Notes under the pieces: model-generated | What the model saw: only the letters and a program-made list of their open reading frames with translations | What the model was told of the DNA's origin: nothing | The model's database searches: none | In this document: piece after piece, positions 36,663 to 48,370 of the stretch | How positions within the stretch are numbered: position 1 is the stretch's first letter | Layout of the letters: the number at the start of each line of letters is the position of its first letter | Position numbers and translations under genes: made by a program | Origin: Psammoneis japonica | Lineage: Eukaryota | Assembly: GCA_008632985.1 (NCBI GenBank) | Contig: QPGO01000224.1 | Coordinates: 1 to 64,000, forward strand | Reading direction: 5' to 3' | Length of the DNA: 64,000 bases

Positions 36663-39600
36663 CTCCCCAGTTTGCTTGAGGAGTCACAGAAACAGATTCG
36701 ACTTTGGATGAAATGAAGTTCCAGAACATGAGGGGGCGGAGAAGGTCCCAGATTTGGGAGTGACCACAATGCTTGCTGAGGATGTCAGCAGGGTTGCGGG
36801 AGCCTTCGATGAAGTGGAGCTCAAGGCAACCAGAGGCAATTGCCTCACGCACACGGTGGAATGACAGTGCGGTGTGTCGCTTGTGTAACTTGGAGTGCGG
36901 GATGGTGGCACCATCTACAACCGACTTGTTGTCACCGAACATGCAACTGACATTGCGGATCGGGACGCCAAGGTGGCGCAGGGTGATGCGCAGGTCAACA
37001 ATCTGCTCGACACAAGTCCTTGCGGCAACAAATTCAGACCCGCAGGTCGCAGTCTCCACGGTGGCTTGCTTCTTAGAGAACCAATCAGCCGGGAATTTGT
37101 TGAGGAAGTGGAGCATTCCCATGACAGAGCGTCCGGTGAGCATGCAATGGTGCAGGTTTGCATCGACATAGTGGGTGGCAGTGACGAACTTGCCAAGGGG
37201 CGGTGGAGCGTCCTTCGGGATCATCTCTTCTGCTTCGCCGCACACGGAATGCATCCATTCACAGGCCGGAGCAGGGAGATCCGAACAGTCGGGCTCTTCC
37301 GTGCGAACGCAGAGAGCACCGTGTCGCATCTTGGAGAGGTGCCCACAGACGCGTTTGGCACGATCCAAGTGGCCTTGATGGGGCACAGCTCGGAAGCTAG
37401 AGAGTGACATGACGGCTGTGGCAATGTCAATTCGACCAAGGGACACTGCCCATTGGAGTGAACCAACAAGAGACTGGAACTTGTGAATGCCATCGGGTCC
37501 CAGCAGTTCGGAAGTGTCCAGTTCGGGGTGGTCACCCTTCTCCAGAGGTGACAGGGAGTTGGTGGCAGGTTTCTCCCCAAACAGTCGGGCACAGCTGTCG
37601 ACCATGCGCTCGATGTACTTGCACGGAGACAGGCACAAGGTTCCGTCGGGATCCCGGGAAAAGTCGCAACCCAGATGGAACTCAATGGGTCCCGTGCCCT
37701 TGAGCTTGAACTTGCACTTTTCCGTGAGAGCATCGACAAAAGATTGAGGGTCCTTCATGGCAATGGCGAGGTCATCCACATAAACGGCAATGCATTCACA
37801 GTGGTCGCTGTTCCTGCGCATCCAAATGTCGGGTTCGGCGCGGCAGGGGAAGAAGCCTTCAGCTCGCAGGCAGTCGGCAAAGCGCTCGTGCCAGCGGAGA
37901 CCAGAGCTGCGCAGTCCATGCAGGGCCTTGTGGATGACAAGGATGTGTCCTTCGAGTTTGCCAAATTCGGGTCCGGCCACAATGTAAAGCTTGTCCTTGG
38001 TGGTGGCTTCAAGGCAGGCATTGCCAATGTCGGTGGCCCATGTCTCCAACTCGTTGAGTTCGGCCAGGAAAATCATCAGCCGAAGGCCACGGAGGGAGAC
38101 TGCTCCGGAGTGGACACTGTCGACAGGTACGTCTGTGAGGTGCCCGTCGGCTACGAGTCGTGCCTTGTGGCGACCGTCGTGTTTCACGTCGCACACTGGG
38201 TGCACTCGGATCTTCTTGTGTCCCGCAGGAGGAGTGGAAGACTCGAAGGGCCCGCAGTCATGGAAGACTTCGCATTCGTCGAGTTGGTCCATCTCGAGAT
38301 TAGTTGCATCTCCCCATTTGCGGTTGCCGTTGCGTTCGTCTGGTGACATGGCGTGTTTGCAGTTCCGGGGAACTTCGCACCTGCACTTGCAGCGAGGTGC
38401 AGTGCGGAAGGAGCGAAGCTTGGCTTGGTTGGCCATGCGAAACAGCTTCTTTTGGCGCCTCGCGATGGTGCGGAACCGCTTCCAGCCATCCGTGTCGAGG
38501 AGTCCGTTCTCTCGTGCATGGATGGCGCAGGTGACGGGGTCGTCCTTGGCGATGATGGCAAGAGGCTCGGACGTGATCTCCCCACTTTCCCATTCAAGCA
38601 TGATGTTGTAGCTTGAGCCTTTCCAGGTTGGGTCGTGAGGCTTCAGAGGTCCTTCGTGTGACACGATGCGTCGAAATTTCCAAGTGGCAGTGTCTTCGTC
38701 TTCTTGCTCAATGTGATTCATGATGTCATTGTGGGCAAGGACTTCCTCGCATTCGTCGTTGTTGACAGAGCAGACGAACTTAGTGAGCTTGGGGTTGCTG
38801 TTCACTTTCCATTCGTGGTCTTCGACGGCCTTGACGATGCGAGCTCTGTGGCGTTGTCCGTCCTCTTGTGGCTGCATGAGGAAGGTACGTCCAATGATGT
38901 CTTGCAGATCGAAAACTGGCATCTTGGGTGTCCTGATCTCCCCATCAGGAGAATCGACGGGGTTGTCGTCATGGCGAGATTTGATGATGGGTTCAGGTGG
39001 CTCCCCATCAGGAGGATCAAGACGCAGGTTTCGAACGGCAGGATCGGTGGTAGCGGAGCGGACGTTGGACCGGCAGAGGATCTTCTGAGTCTCGTCAGAG
39101 AGAATCTTGAAGGTCATCTGGTGGCCGACGTGCTCAGCAATGCCAACGAAGCGTCCACACAACTCACGGGATTCGGACGGCCAATCGGAGTCATCGAGGT
39201 GGAAGCACACGGGTTCCCACCAGTGAAAGCGAAGCAATGGGCTGATGTCCGGGGTGGAGCCAGTGAGAGTCTCGAGGGGCGTGCGCCAGTGGAGACGTGG
39301 GGACGCTGTGTGGTTGAGTGTGAAGCACACATGCATGAGCGCCAGCAGCCATGTGTGGGCGGGCGAACCAAAACGATCCATGACAGTGTTCGCCATGCGC
39401 TTCACGGTCTGGTGTCGACGCTCGGCAAAATTTTGGTGTTGCTGGTGAGGCTCACTTTGCCAGCTGGAGATGAAGAGGGCCCACAGGATCCCAAGCACTT
39501 TGTTGCTGATCTCAACTTGAGCACGGTCGCCAATGAGTTTGGATGGGGCACCACGCTCACGGATCTGATCCTCGAGTGTGTTGACAAACTCTTTGTCCGT

Positions 39601-42278
39601 CTTGGTGCCGCAGACGTCAGTGACGGTAGACTCGGTGCCAACAAACAGTTGGGCACTGGTGCAACCAGAGTCGACGGCCGGGGTGTCGGCATGAACGGTG
39701 TCAGTGGCGACAGGCTCGTTGCGGCGGTGCACATTAAGGGCGGGGTTGGGTGATTTGCAGGCCTTCCTAAGGTGTGCACCGGTGGGCATGCGGGCGCACT
39801 GCGTGGTGCAGTCAAAAGTGCGACGGACCGCATCAGTGGGCAGGAAGCCAAAGCAAGGCCGAAGAGACTTGAAGGGCGGGTCCTTGGGCTGTGCAGTGCG
39901 CTCCGGGGGCGGGACATCATCGTCCTTGGGGTCAATCGCATGTAGATGACACTCGTAGAACATGTCGTCGTTCGGAATGAGGTGATCATCGAGGGCGGAC
40001 GCGTGATCGGCAGACAAGGAAGTGGACATGATGGTCTCGTTGACAACGACACGATGACGGCAGTTGCCGCATTCGTCAAACAGGTTGGCAGTGGGATCGT
40101 CCTGCAGGTCAGAGATCGCGTCACACCACTGGTCGTCATCAGTGACAGAGTGATCGAGGACGGAAGGATCCCATGTGTCATCACCGGTGAGGATGACATG
40201 GGGCAGGGTGTCCCATTCGGCGTCAGTGTAAGGTCGCATGGCAACACAAGGCAGGCCGGCCTTGATGTCAATGGGGATGACACAGCCATCAGGAGCGGCA
40301 ATGCATTGCAAGCCGTTGGGCACCTTGACAGAGTGATCGTTGACATCCTGTTTGCACCATTCGAGCTGGCCGCAGGAATGGATGGTCTTGCCCTTGCCCG
40401 TGTGTGCGCACTGATGGAGGATGGCGATGACGGGACCACGCTGGGTCTCAATGACGGCACCAGCGGTGACAATGGGGATGTCCACCAATTGATGGTCGTC
40501 AATGCCCTGAACGTCGACTTGGCGAGAGGTGCGTGCAATGATGCGAACGTCGTCGCCAGCAATGCCGCCGTTGGCCCCACGATTGACTGGAGCGCCAGTG
40601 CGTGTGGAGCGATGAGCAGAGGCAGAGTGAATGACATTGTGGTTGTTGACGCGGTGGCAAGTGCGGCCGTTAAGTTCCATGTCATCGGCAGAAGCTGGCG
40701 GGGTAGAGGGAGCGGCGGATGGCCCCGGTCGACTGGCATTGGGGGCTTGGTTAGGAGACAACAGACGGTGCAGATCACCGGGTGGCAGGGGCTTGCGCTT
40801 GGTGAGGTGCGCCAGGATGGGATTGTCCGAAGTGGCACCCACATTTGGAGCGGAGTCACCAGAGTCAGAAGGAGTCGTGTTGGACAAGTTGACATCACCG
40901 TCACTCCCAAGGCGTTGGTCGTGAAGGTTGGCCGTAATGGACTCATGGCAGTTGCTGTGTCGCGGGTTACGGGGAGGCGGACGAGAATGCTCAAGGATGA
41001 TCGCCTTGGAGGAATGGGGCAACGAATCCCAAATCCGTTGGTGGTCGGGAGGGAGACGTTTCCATTGGTCACCGGTGAGGCTGGGACAACGGGTGCAGGC
41101 AGCATTGGCCTGAAGGACGTCAATGTCACTGTCAATGTCGTAGAACACATCGTCGGACGGTTCCTCGGAGCAGACGTCGTGTGCGTGTGTGGCGCGGCGG
41201 GGAGCTCGAGGTGTCGTCTTGGGTTGAAACGCACTGTCGCATTGGGCTGCCGCGGAGAGGAGCAAGCCACAGCATTGATCACATGTGAGGCTCTTGCCAC
41301 TCTGCGTGCGATGCTGATCAGCTTGGTTCTTGACAGCACGGAGTTCCTTGACAGGGTGCACGGCATTCTCGAGCATGACGCGCTTCTGTCCTTCAGAGAA
41401 GTGGTCACTGGCCGGGATGAGTGCCTCGCACTTGCGCAACTGATCTTGCCAATGAAGGATGAACCCGTGGGTCAGACCTTTCCAAGCACCATCACCCAGA
41501 CGTGTGGTGGTGAGGTGCGTTGGCAGGGTGGAGGACTCGACAGATGCACGGGTGGAGGCGAGCGCGCATTCAGACAAGGCGCGGCAGACGGTCTGTGCAT
41601 CAGAAGACTCCACATTTTCGCGGATGAGAGCCTTGCCCTTGTCGGTGAGAAGGATGTGTTCGAAGACGGCGAACATGTGCTTTTGCTGTTCAGCAAAGAG
41701 CAGTTTGTCTTCGGGGCTGGTCGGTTTGTACGACGAGTCTAGAATGCACTCGACGTCTTGGGCACGGGCTTGTGCCACAAGTGAGGTGTGCCAAGTGTGC
41801 CACTGCTTGTCGGATTTGAGAGCCGTGAAAGCAGTGGGATCCCGCTTGATGCCTCGCTTGAAGTCCCGCACCGGGTCGCGTGCCTTGGTCGGGTTGGTGA
41901 CATGCGGAGGTGCGAGGGGTGAGCTGCCGATGGACACAGAAGACATGTGGTCGGGGCTGAGGCGGTGGGCAAGGAACTCGTCATGCGTGAACAACGAGGA
42001 GTCATTGGCAACGTCAAGACCTTTGTGTGCTTTGACAATGCACAGACTGGCTAGAGCTGCTAACATGTTCTCACAACCACGGGCAAAGGGATCACATTAG
42101 TGCCGTTGTCGCACTCAAGCCAGTCGATTTGGGACGGTGTGAACGTGAACAGTTCTTGATGCGAGTCCGTGCCGTCTTGTGCCAAAGCCAAATGGAGAGG
42201 GCTCCCAGCACCTTGGGCAAGCACGGTTCCAACAACATGCTCGAAACCATCAGTTTGTTGCTGACGAGTGAGAACCAT
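36610..42278 (-). pseudogene. Copia gag-pol polyprotein, open for 1818 aa but missense-inactivated; frameshift near 42080
   Basis: RGANGG protease with the catalytic D read as N; integrase SEPHQQHQNFAER; RT HKARLV and YVDD; RNase H DNKSV and NPADILSK. Only 9 Tyr counted in 1818 aa. Confidence 0.95.
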
Positions 42279-43203
42279 GGCAGACAAAAGTGGTGTCAGG
42301 ACAAGCAATTCTTGTTGGGAAGCGAAGGCAGACTTGAAGCTTGGGTGAGAATGGACTTGACTTGAAATGGACTTGACTTGAAATCTTGATCTATCTTAAA
42401 ATCAGAAGTCGCCGGGCTTTGCTGTCCCGTTCGTTGTTGAGTGCTAAACTTCCCATCCGGTCCGCAGAGTTGTGCCGGCACGTCCGAACCCGCAGCTGGC
42501 GGCGCTTTGGGTTGCTCACGAGCGGAGTAGCGGGTTGTAAACCCCTGCAGGCAAGCTGACTAGAGGTGGACAAGACCCCCGAACCGTTCTCATTTTATGT
42601 TGGTTGGATTTCCCGATCAGGCTGGCCAGTTGACGCAGGCGTCAGGCGCTGTGGACGAACGAACAAACGCGGGAAAGCACCCTCGCCCCAACGCAGGCTG
42701 TGATCACGGCTGCTTGCTCTCACAGTTGTCCTCGTGGACCCAGTGGAACTGTAGAGCACCAGCAGTCCGGGGTAGATCAGGTGCAATGGACTCGGTGTGC
42801 TTGTAGAGTGGTGGCAAAACCGCAGTCCGAAGAGTGGGTACAGGTTCTTGGCCGTGAAGACATGCATGTGTGCACATGTCTTCAGCGACGAAGATCCTTG
42901 AATGTGCAGGGTTCTTGACCGTTAACCGATGAACAGGCATGTCAAGGGATGAGGATCAAGGATAGACTTGGATGTGACCGTTGATTGCATGTCTTCAGCG
43001 ATCAAAGGCAGCATAATCACTCCAGATATCCAGCGGTAAGGAGACTTGACGGTGACGTTAACTTCCTGCCGATGCCCTGGCATTGAATGCGCGTAGACTT
43101 GCCGATGTATGTAGAACATATACGGAGGTCCACGTAGAATTGAAATAGCGTCGTTGGTAAATCAACGACGACGATGGCGGTTGCTCAATGGGTTGACAAT
43201 GAG

Positions 43204-43217
43204 CAAGACTGTTAATC
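43204..43217 (-). promoter_or_regulatory. Putative primer-binding site complementary to the anticodon arm of tRNA-Asn(GUU)
   Basis: Sense strand GATTAACAGTCTTG abuts the 5' LTR. Its complement GA-CTGTTAA-TC is an Asn anticodon stem-loop. No TGG-type PBS is present. Confidence 0.6.
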
Positions 43218-43493
43218 TGACAGAAATTGAAGGCAAATGGCAAGAATTCAAACAACAACTCCTTGCTGCTGTCTAAACAGCAGATGAGTCTCCGCTCAGA
43301 GACCGTTGCAGGAGCCGAAAGACGTGCAAGTCGGCATGATCGGGCTGCTGTTGTCATTCTTGTGAGCCTTGTGGCTCGAAAGCAAACTACATCGTGCGCG
43401 AACGCACGGAACTAAAGCACACAAAACTGTGCGTGGCAAACTAAACAGCGTGCGACATTTTGCGCGCACCCAAATCCTGTTCAAATCCTGTCA
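43218..43493 (-). repeat. 5' LTR (276 bp)
   Basis: Aligns to 36387-36662. Confidence 0.97.
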
Positions 43494-43610
43494 TTGACGT
43501 TGAACCGGGTCACAAAAGCACTCCCCTGTGAAAGAACCAGCTCCTCAACTTTGTTCGCCATCTGCTCTGCAACATTTTCAGAGGCAATTTCAACGTTGTT
43601 TGCCATCATT

Positions 43611-45902
43611 GCAGGAAACGAGAATCCGACGTGTTCCAGCTCTGGGTGGGACCTCGTGCTGCTGAACTGTGACATGATCATTTTTTGTCATCCGTCGCAT
43701 GTTTTGCACGTGCATTTCTACGTGTTCCATTGTAAAATGTTGTTCCACACTGCCTGTTTTGCGAAGCCAAAGGCTTTCTGTTGTCTGCATTTGTGACAAT
43801 AAAAATGCGCTGGGCATGTTCTTCAATGTCTGAAGAACACACCCGGGTGTGTTGTAAAGAATGTGCTTCAAGTGTGGAGGAGGAGATGCGTTCGCAAAAT
43901 TGCCTCTTTTTCTGTTGGCAATCATTCACACATGCATTGCTTGACAATTTTACTGCGGAGCTCGCACGCAGAATTCTGCAGGCCCAATGTCACAAAAAGT
44001 CCCACCTGGGACTGGAACCCGTCATCCACGGAATCGCATGGAATGTGCGCTTTTTCTCCTCATTCTGTTTGTTTGTTCCGTAAAAAATGAGGCCTTTTTC
44101 GCACTCTGTTTTGGACTTTTCTAAGGAACATGCCCTCATGTTCCAGATGGAAGTGTCAGCAATCGGAGCACGATGGTCACATTCCGCTCCGATCACCAAG
44201 ACAAGTGCACTCCGTTTTTGTGCAGAACATGATCTTGAAACTGGAACGACCGCTTCATTCCGTGCACAGACTGAGGTCAACGGATTTTGTTTTCAACAAT
44301 GTGCCATTTGTTGGCACAGAGCATGTGTTGAGATGAAAAATTGCAATGAACATTGTCCACATTGGCCAATGTCACTGCTCTGTTGTTTGATGCTCTCTGT
44401 TCATCCCTCTGTGATGATTCAAGCGACCAGTGTCAAGAATGACGGTGAGATGTTTGATGCTGTAATGCTGCAAGACCGTGCATTGTCGTCATGGCATGTG
44501 TGTTGTTGTCGTCTTCGATCGTGGAAAGTGTCATGTGGGACACTCATGTCTTCATTTTTATTTTAGCTCGTTGTGCAGCAAAGAAGACAGTGCAACAATG
44601 ATGGCCAAAATGTTCAATTGACATTGGAGTGAGAATCCCAAAAGGATTGCACATTTTGCAATTGTTTTGACATTGCAACATGTTGTGAACAAATTGAGGA
44701 CTTTTAAAATTGACAATTCAAATCACACATGTGAAGCAATTGTGTCGAAAACAAAGAAGAAAACATTTGATGACCACGTGCTGATTTGTTTAAAAAAGTG
44801 CGTGGAAAGACGTCGTTGAATTCTACGTGACTTTGATTGCTCTGTAGAAGGTGCGACGATTTACACTGGAGGAGAGGATTCGCATCACAGCCACATCTTC
44901 TCGCACTTGCTTCTCGTTCGCTCTCATAAAAAACGCAACACAGCCAGTGGCAGAACGCATCTGAAGCAACAACGGCAAACAATGGGAAGAACAACAGGAG
45001 AGTGAGTGGTGTGATTTGTGACAATTACAGCACACACGATGGCAAGCCATCATGTGATTGTGCAGCACTTCAAAGGTCGCTTGTGCTCACATTTTCTTCT
45101 CTCTTTTTGCTGTTGGGGTTTGTTTCCAGAGTCCAGAGGGTTCTGGTTCCGAGTGTGGCTGCTCCACTGCTGAGAGAGTGGCACCGCATCATCAACCGCT
45201 CTAGTTTTTGGCAAAAGAGACGTCTGGACAGCTGCACCCATCAACGGCCCGCATGTGCAAGCTTCATTTTGCTTTTTCTGTCACATTGAACGCATTGCTC
45301 ACTTTCAACTTTGTCACATGTTGCTCATGTTTGGGAAAGGTTGAAGTCCCCTTGTCATCTGTTGGGCACCCAAGATGATCAAAAGAAGGAATGCATCATT
45401 CTGAGATTCGGCTGAGTGGTGCAGCAAAGCGATCGGTCATGCAAATGCAGGCAGAGCACCAGTGTGGGCGGAGCAGGAGTTCTCACTGTGCAGTGGAAAT
45501 GCAGCAGCACAACAATCCCATTTTAGAATTTCAGTTGATTCCGCAACGTGTTCCGCACCACAAGCTCTGGAGATGACATGCCACATTCCAACCACAACAC
45601 GGAAAGTGAAGCTGTTGCATTCCGTGTCATTGGTCGAGCGAGAGGAATCCACAAACGGAGTGCAGCAAAAGGAACAGCAAATGGAATTTAAAACAAATGG
45701 CCTCTTTCTAACAAACAAAATGGTGAAACGCAACATGCAAATTGCGTCTTGGGTGCGGAATGAGCACACACGTTGGAATGTGACACGGATTTTGATGAGG
45801 CTTTTTTTGTTTTGCACCGTGTCACTCACACTCCATTTTGAGGCTTTTCGTGACGGAGTCGCACACACATTCCGTGCGATTCCGTGGATTCTCATTTCCT
45901 GC
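43611..45902. mobile_element. Non-autonomous TIR element (family C) with about 40-bp TIRs; left TIR interrupted by MITE A copy 3
   Basis: gcaggaaacgagaatcc[MITE]acggaatcgcatggaatgtg matches the reverse complement of 45861-45902 (gcaggaaatgagaatccacggaatcgcacggaatgtg). atcattg occurs at both sides, offset by about 8 bp on the right. Confidence 0.75.
43628..44023 (-). mobile_element. MITE family A, copy 3 (inverted, diverged interior); TSD ATCC
   Basis: atcc|gacgtgttccag...gtcccacctgggactggaacccgtc|atcc. Confidence 0.9.
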
Positions 45903-48370
45903 GCACCTTGATCATTGAAACAATGTTCAGCAGTGTGTGTGATGCGATGCTGCTGCTCTCTCTCTCTCTCTCTCTCTCTAGCTGCTCCACCTGCCATTCC
46001 TGGCTGGCCAGCAGAGAGCTCTGCCTCTGCCGGTTGCAGCTCTCTGGCTGGCAAGCAAGCAGTGGCTCTAGAAACTGGAGAGTGGAGGGCATCAGAGCGG
46101 TTTTCGATCGCACCAGTGGCGCCAGGCCATTGGACTTTGTGCCTTTTGCATTTCTCGGTTGATTTCTGGGTTGCTTGTCGATGCAGCACCCGGGTGTCCT
46201 GCATGCATCGGCATGCATGAAGTGCAGAGTGGGTCACACGAGTGACTCTCCACGTCCAATTTTCAACAAAATTCACTGCTGAACATTGCAGCTGCACTTT
46301 TAGAATGCTCACACTGTTGGTTTAGAAGGGCTTTGCACCCTTGAACTTGTTGCACATGCTCACCACTGACTGGTGTGGTGAGCCAGCCACTTGCTTCTGT
46401 CTCAAATCTCCGGACAAGATTTCCCACACACAGTGGCACTCATGATCAAGCTCAGCACCCAGACTGCAAAGGTGAGAACAACTGAATTTTCTGACAAAAG
46501 TGTCAACAATGTGAAGGTCATGTTTGTTTGCTGCACACATGGCATCTTTTGGGCATTTGATGCTTTTTAAGTGTGGCGCAGTTTTTGCCTCACTGTTTCT
46601 CCTGTGTCTCGCTGTTGCTCACAGGCCCACTCAGCACCCATTGCAGCACAGATGCCAAGGTGATTGCGGACCAGATGGTTGTTAAAAAATGTGTCTCAAG
46701 CCAAGGATGTGGAACAATCTGTTGAGATCAATGGCAGCAACCCTTGGTTGTGCCTTCCAAAATGGGGAGCGGCTTGTTTTCTTGTCAAGCTGGTGGAAGT
46801 GCAATGAGGTGCTGATTGTTCTTTTGGCCAGTGCAATTGTTTGTCACTGTTTGAACATAAAAAGTTTGTCACTGTTTGAACACAAAACTCACAACAGCAA
46901 TCTCAAATGGGTGCTTTGGAGTTTGTCAAAGTTGAAAGTGGTGCAAGTCGTTTGTCTGCTTTTCCCACAAGGAGCAAGAACGGTCTGCTGCACTCAGGAC
47001 ACCTGTGAGTGCTGCTTGCCATGCCACTGCAGATGCAGTTGGCATTGGCACAGTTGCTGGGGTTGCACACTGCAGCGCTCATGGTTGAGATGCCACATTG
47101 AGACAAGCAAAGCTTTCAGCATTTTTTTTGTTCCTGCTGTTGCACCCGACCTCACCAAGGGGACAGATGATTTAGATCACGCAAAAGTGGTGTGCAGGGC
47201 AGATTTTTTTGCTCTGGAAATCCTGCTGTGCCTTCCACCTGAGTGGAACAAACAGAGGATGTGTGGCAGAATTTTTGAAGAGGTGCCGCCCCTGTGTTGA
47301 CATTTCCACATGCAAGAATTCCACTTTCCAGCAGAAAAATGCCACTTGGGTGGAATTCTGGGTGCAATGGTGCAGTGCGGCAAGGAAGTGGTCAGCCCAA
47401 GACAAAGGAAGAAGATGAGGAAAAATCATTGCACACCAAGAATTGCGCAGAATCCTGCACAGAATGTGATGTCAGCTGCAGAGCTGTGCGTGCTTTTGGC
47501 ATGCAGCCATCAGCAACAAGCCTGCCAAAGCACCATCACACAGAACACAACTGACTGTCATGACAGCCATTGTCAACAATGGACAATGCGGGAAGCCAGA
47601 GAAAGCTCAAGGAGCTCCTTGTTGACAAGTGTGTCTGTGGAATGTCTCTTCTCCCAACTTGAGCCAGTTGTGAACTTGATTGGAGAGAACATGCTGGAAG
47701 AGAACATGGGAGCATGTTGTCTCTTTGTCCTCAAGAATGTGGTGCCCAATGGCATGTGACTCACTTGTTGAATGCAGTGTGTGTTGAAGTGTGACAGCAG
47801 CCACAGGTTCTGGACAAGTCATCAACCGCTGGCAGCAGATGAAAGAATCATGTCAGTTGCCACTTGCACAGCAAATCACAACAACCAATGTTTCCTCATC
47901 TGGTTTCCTTGTCTTTCCTCATCTGAGGAAAGTCAGGGTCAAATGAGGAATTCCCTGCAATCAAAAACCCTCTCTGGCTGGAGCAGAGCCAGAGCAGAGA
48001 AAGATGCTTCACAGCCTGCAGCAAGTGGTGCCACAAAAAAAAATCAAAGGCTGACATCATGACATTTTCTTGCTGGATGGCTTGAAATCTGCTCAATCTG
48101 CTTCTGCTCACCTGAAAACTGCTTGTTTGTCAGAAAATGAGCTCCCAGTGCAAGAAAATCTTGGTTGTCCTGCTGTGCGCCATCGCACGACTGAGACCCC
48201 ATGCAGAGCAGGTTGTTTGTGCTTTTCTTCATTCTTTGGAGTGATGTGCAGACCATGCTGAGATTGCCTGCAGAAAGCCAGTGGAATCGAGTAAAAAATC
48301 TGCTTCATTTTTCTCATAAAATGGCCAAAATCTACTTTGCTCACCACCCAACATGATGTCACTTTTCTTG

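Larger units (their letters stand above)
36387..43493 (-). mobile_element. Full-length Ty1/copia LTR retrotransposon (CoDi-like), 7107 bp, TSD TTGAC
   Basis: Two 276-bp TG..CA LTRs; ttgac at 36382-36386 and 43494-43498; polypurine ggggag before the 3' LTR; gag-PR-IN-RT-RNaseH order. Confidence 0.97.
34194..43609 (-). pseudogene. Crinkler-like PD-(D/E)XK nuclease + protein kinase gene, split by copia and MITE insertions and TpA-mutated
   Basis: Removing the copia and one TTGAC joins MMANNVE..TRFNV-KQKECSLTPEEMRARK in frame. Removing the MITE and one GCCT gives PTMGRPDKA..AVFEAK. Then AHMVDN..CGAL and kinase motifs LLGVRRNGDVF..VAAKQF..HENEVKAC..LVIDLE. Confidence 0.8.

Noticed and set aside
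38704..41742. Long antisense and alternative-frame ORFs (349, 598, 668 aa) over the copia
   Set aside because: Shadows of gag-pol after stop-codon erasure; no independent domains.
36610..42066. Copia as an active element because the ORF is open
   Set aside because: The protease Asp reads Asn, gag is frameshifted, many conserved Tyr are lost and the LTRs have diverged.
43170..43217. tRNA-Asn gene
   Set aside because: Only the anticodon arm is recognisable, with no T-arm or acceptor stem. Interpreted as a PBS.
36387..43493. ADAR editing of element RNA or DGR-type adenine mutagenesis
   Set aside because: Both strands are affected, the LTRs differ from each other, DNA transposons and an intron-containing gene are hit, and there is no TR/VR pair.
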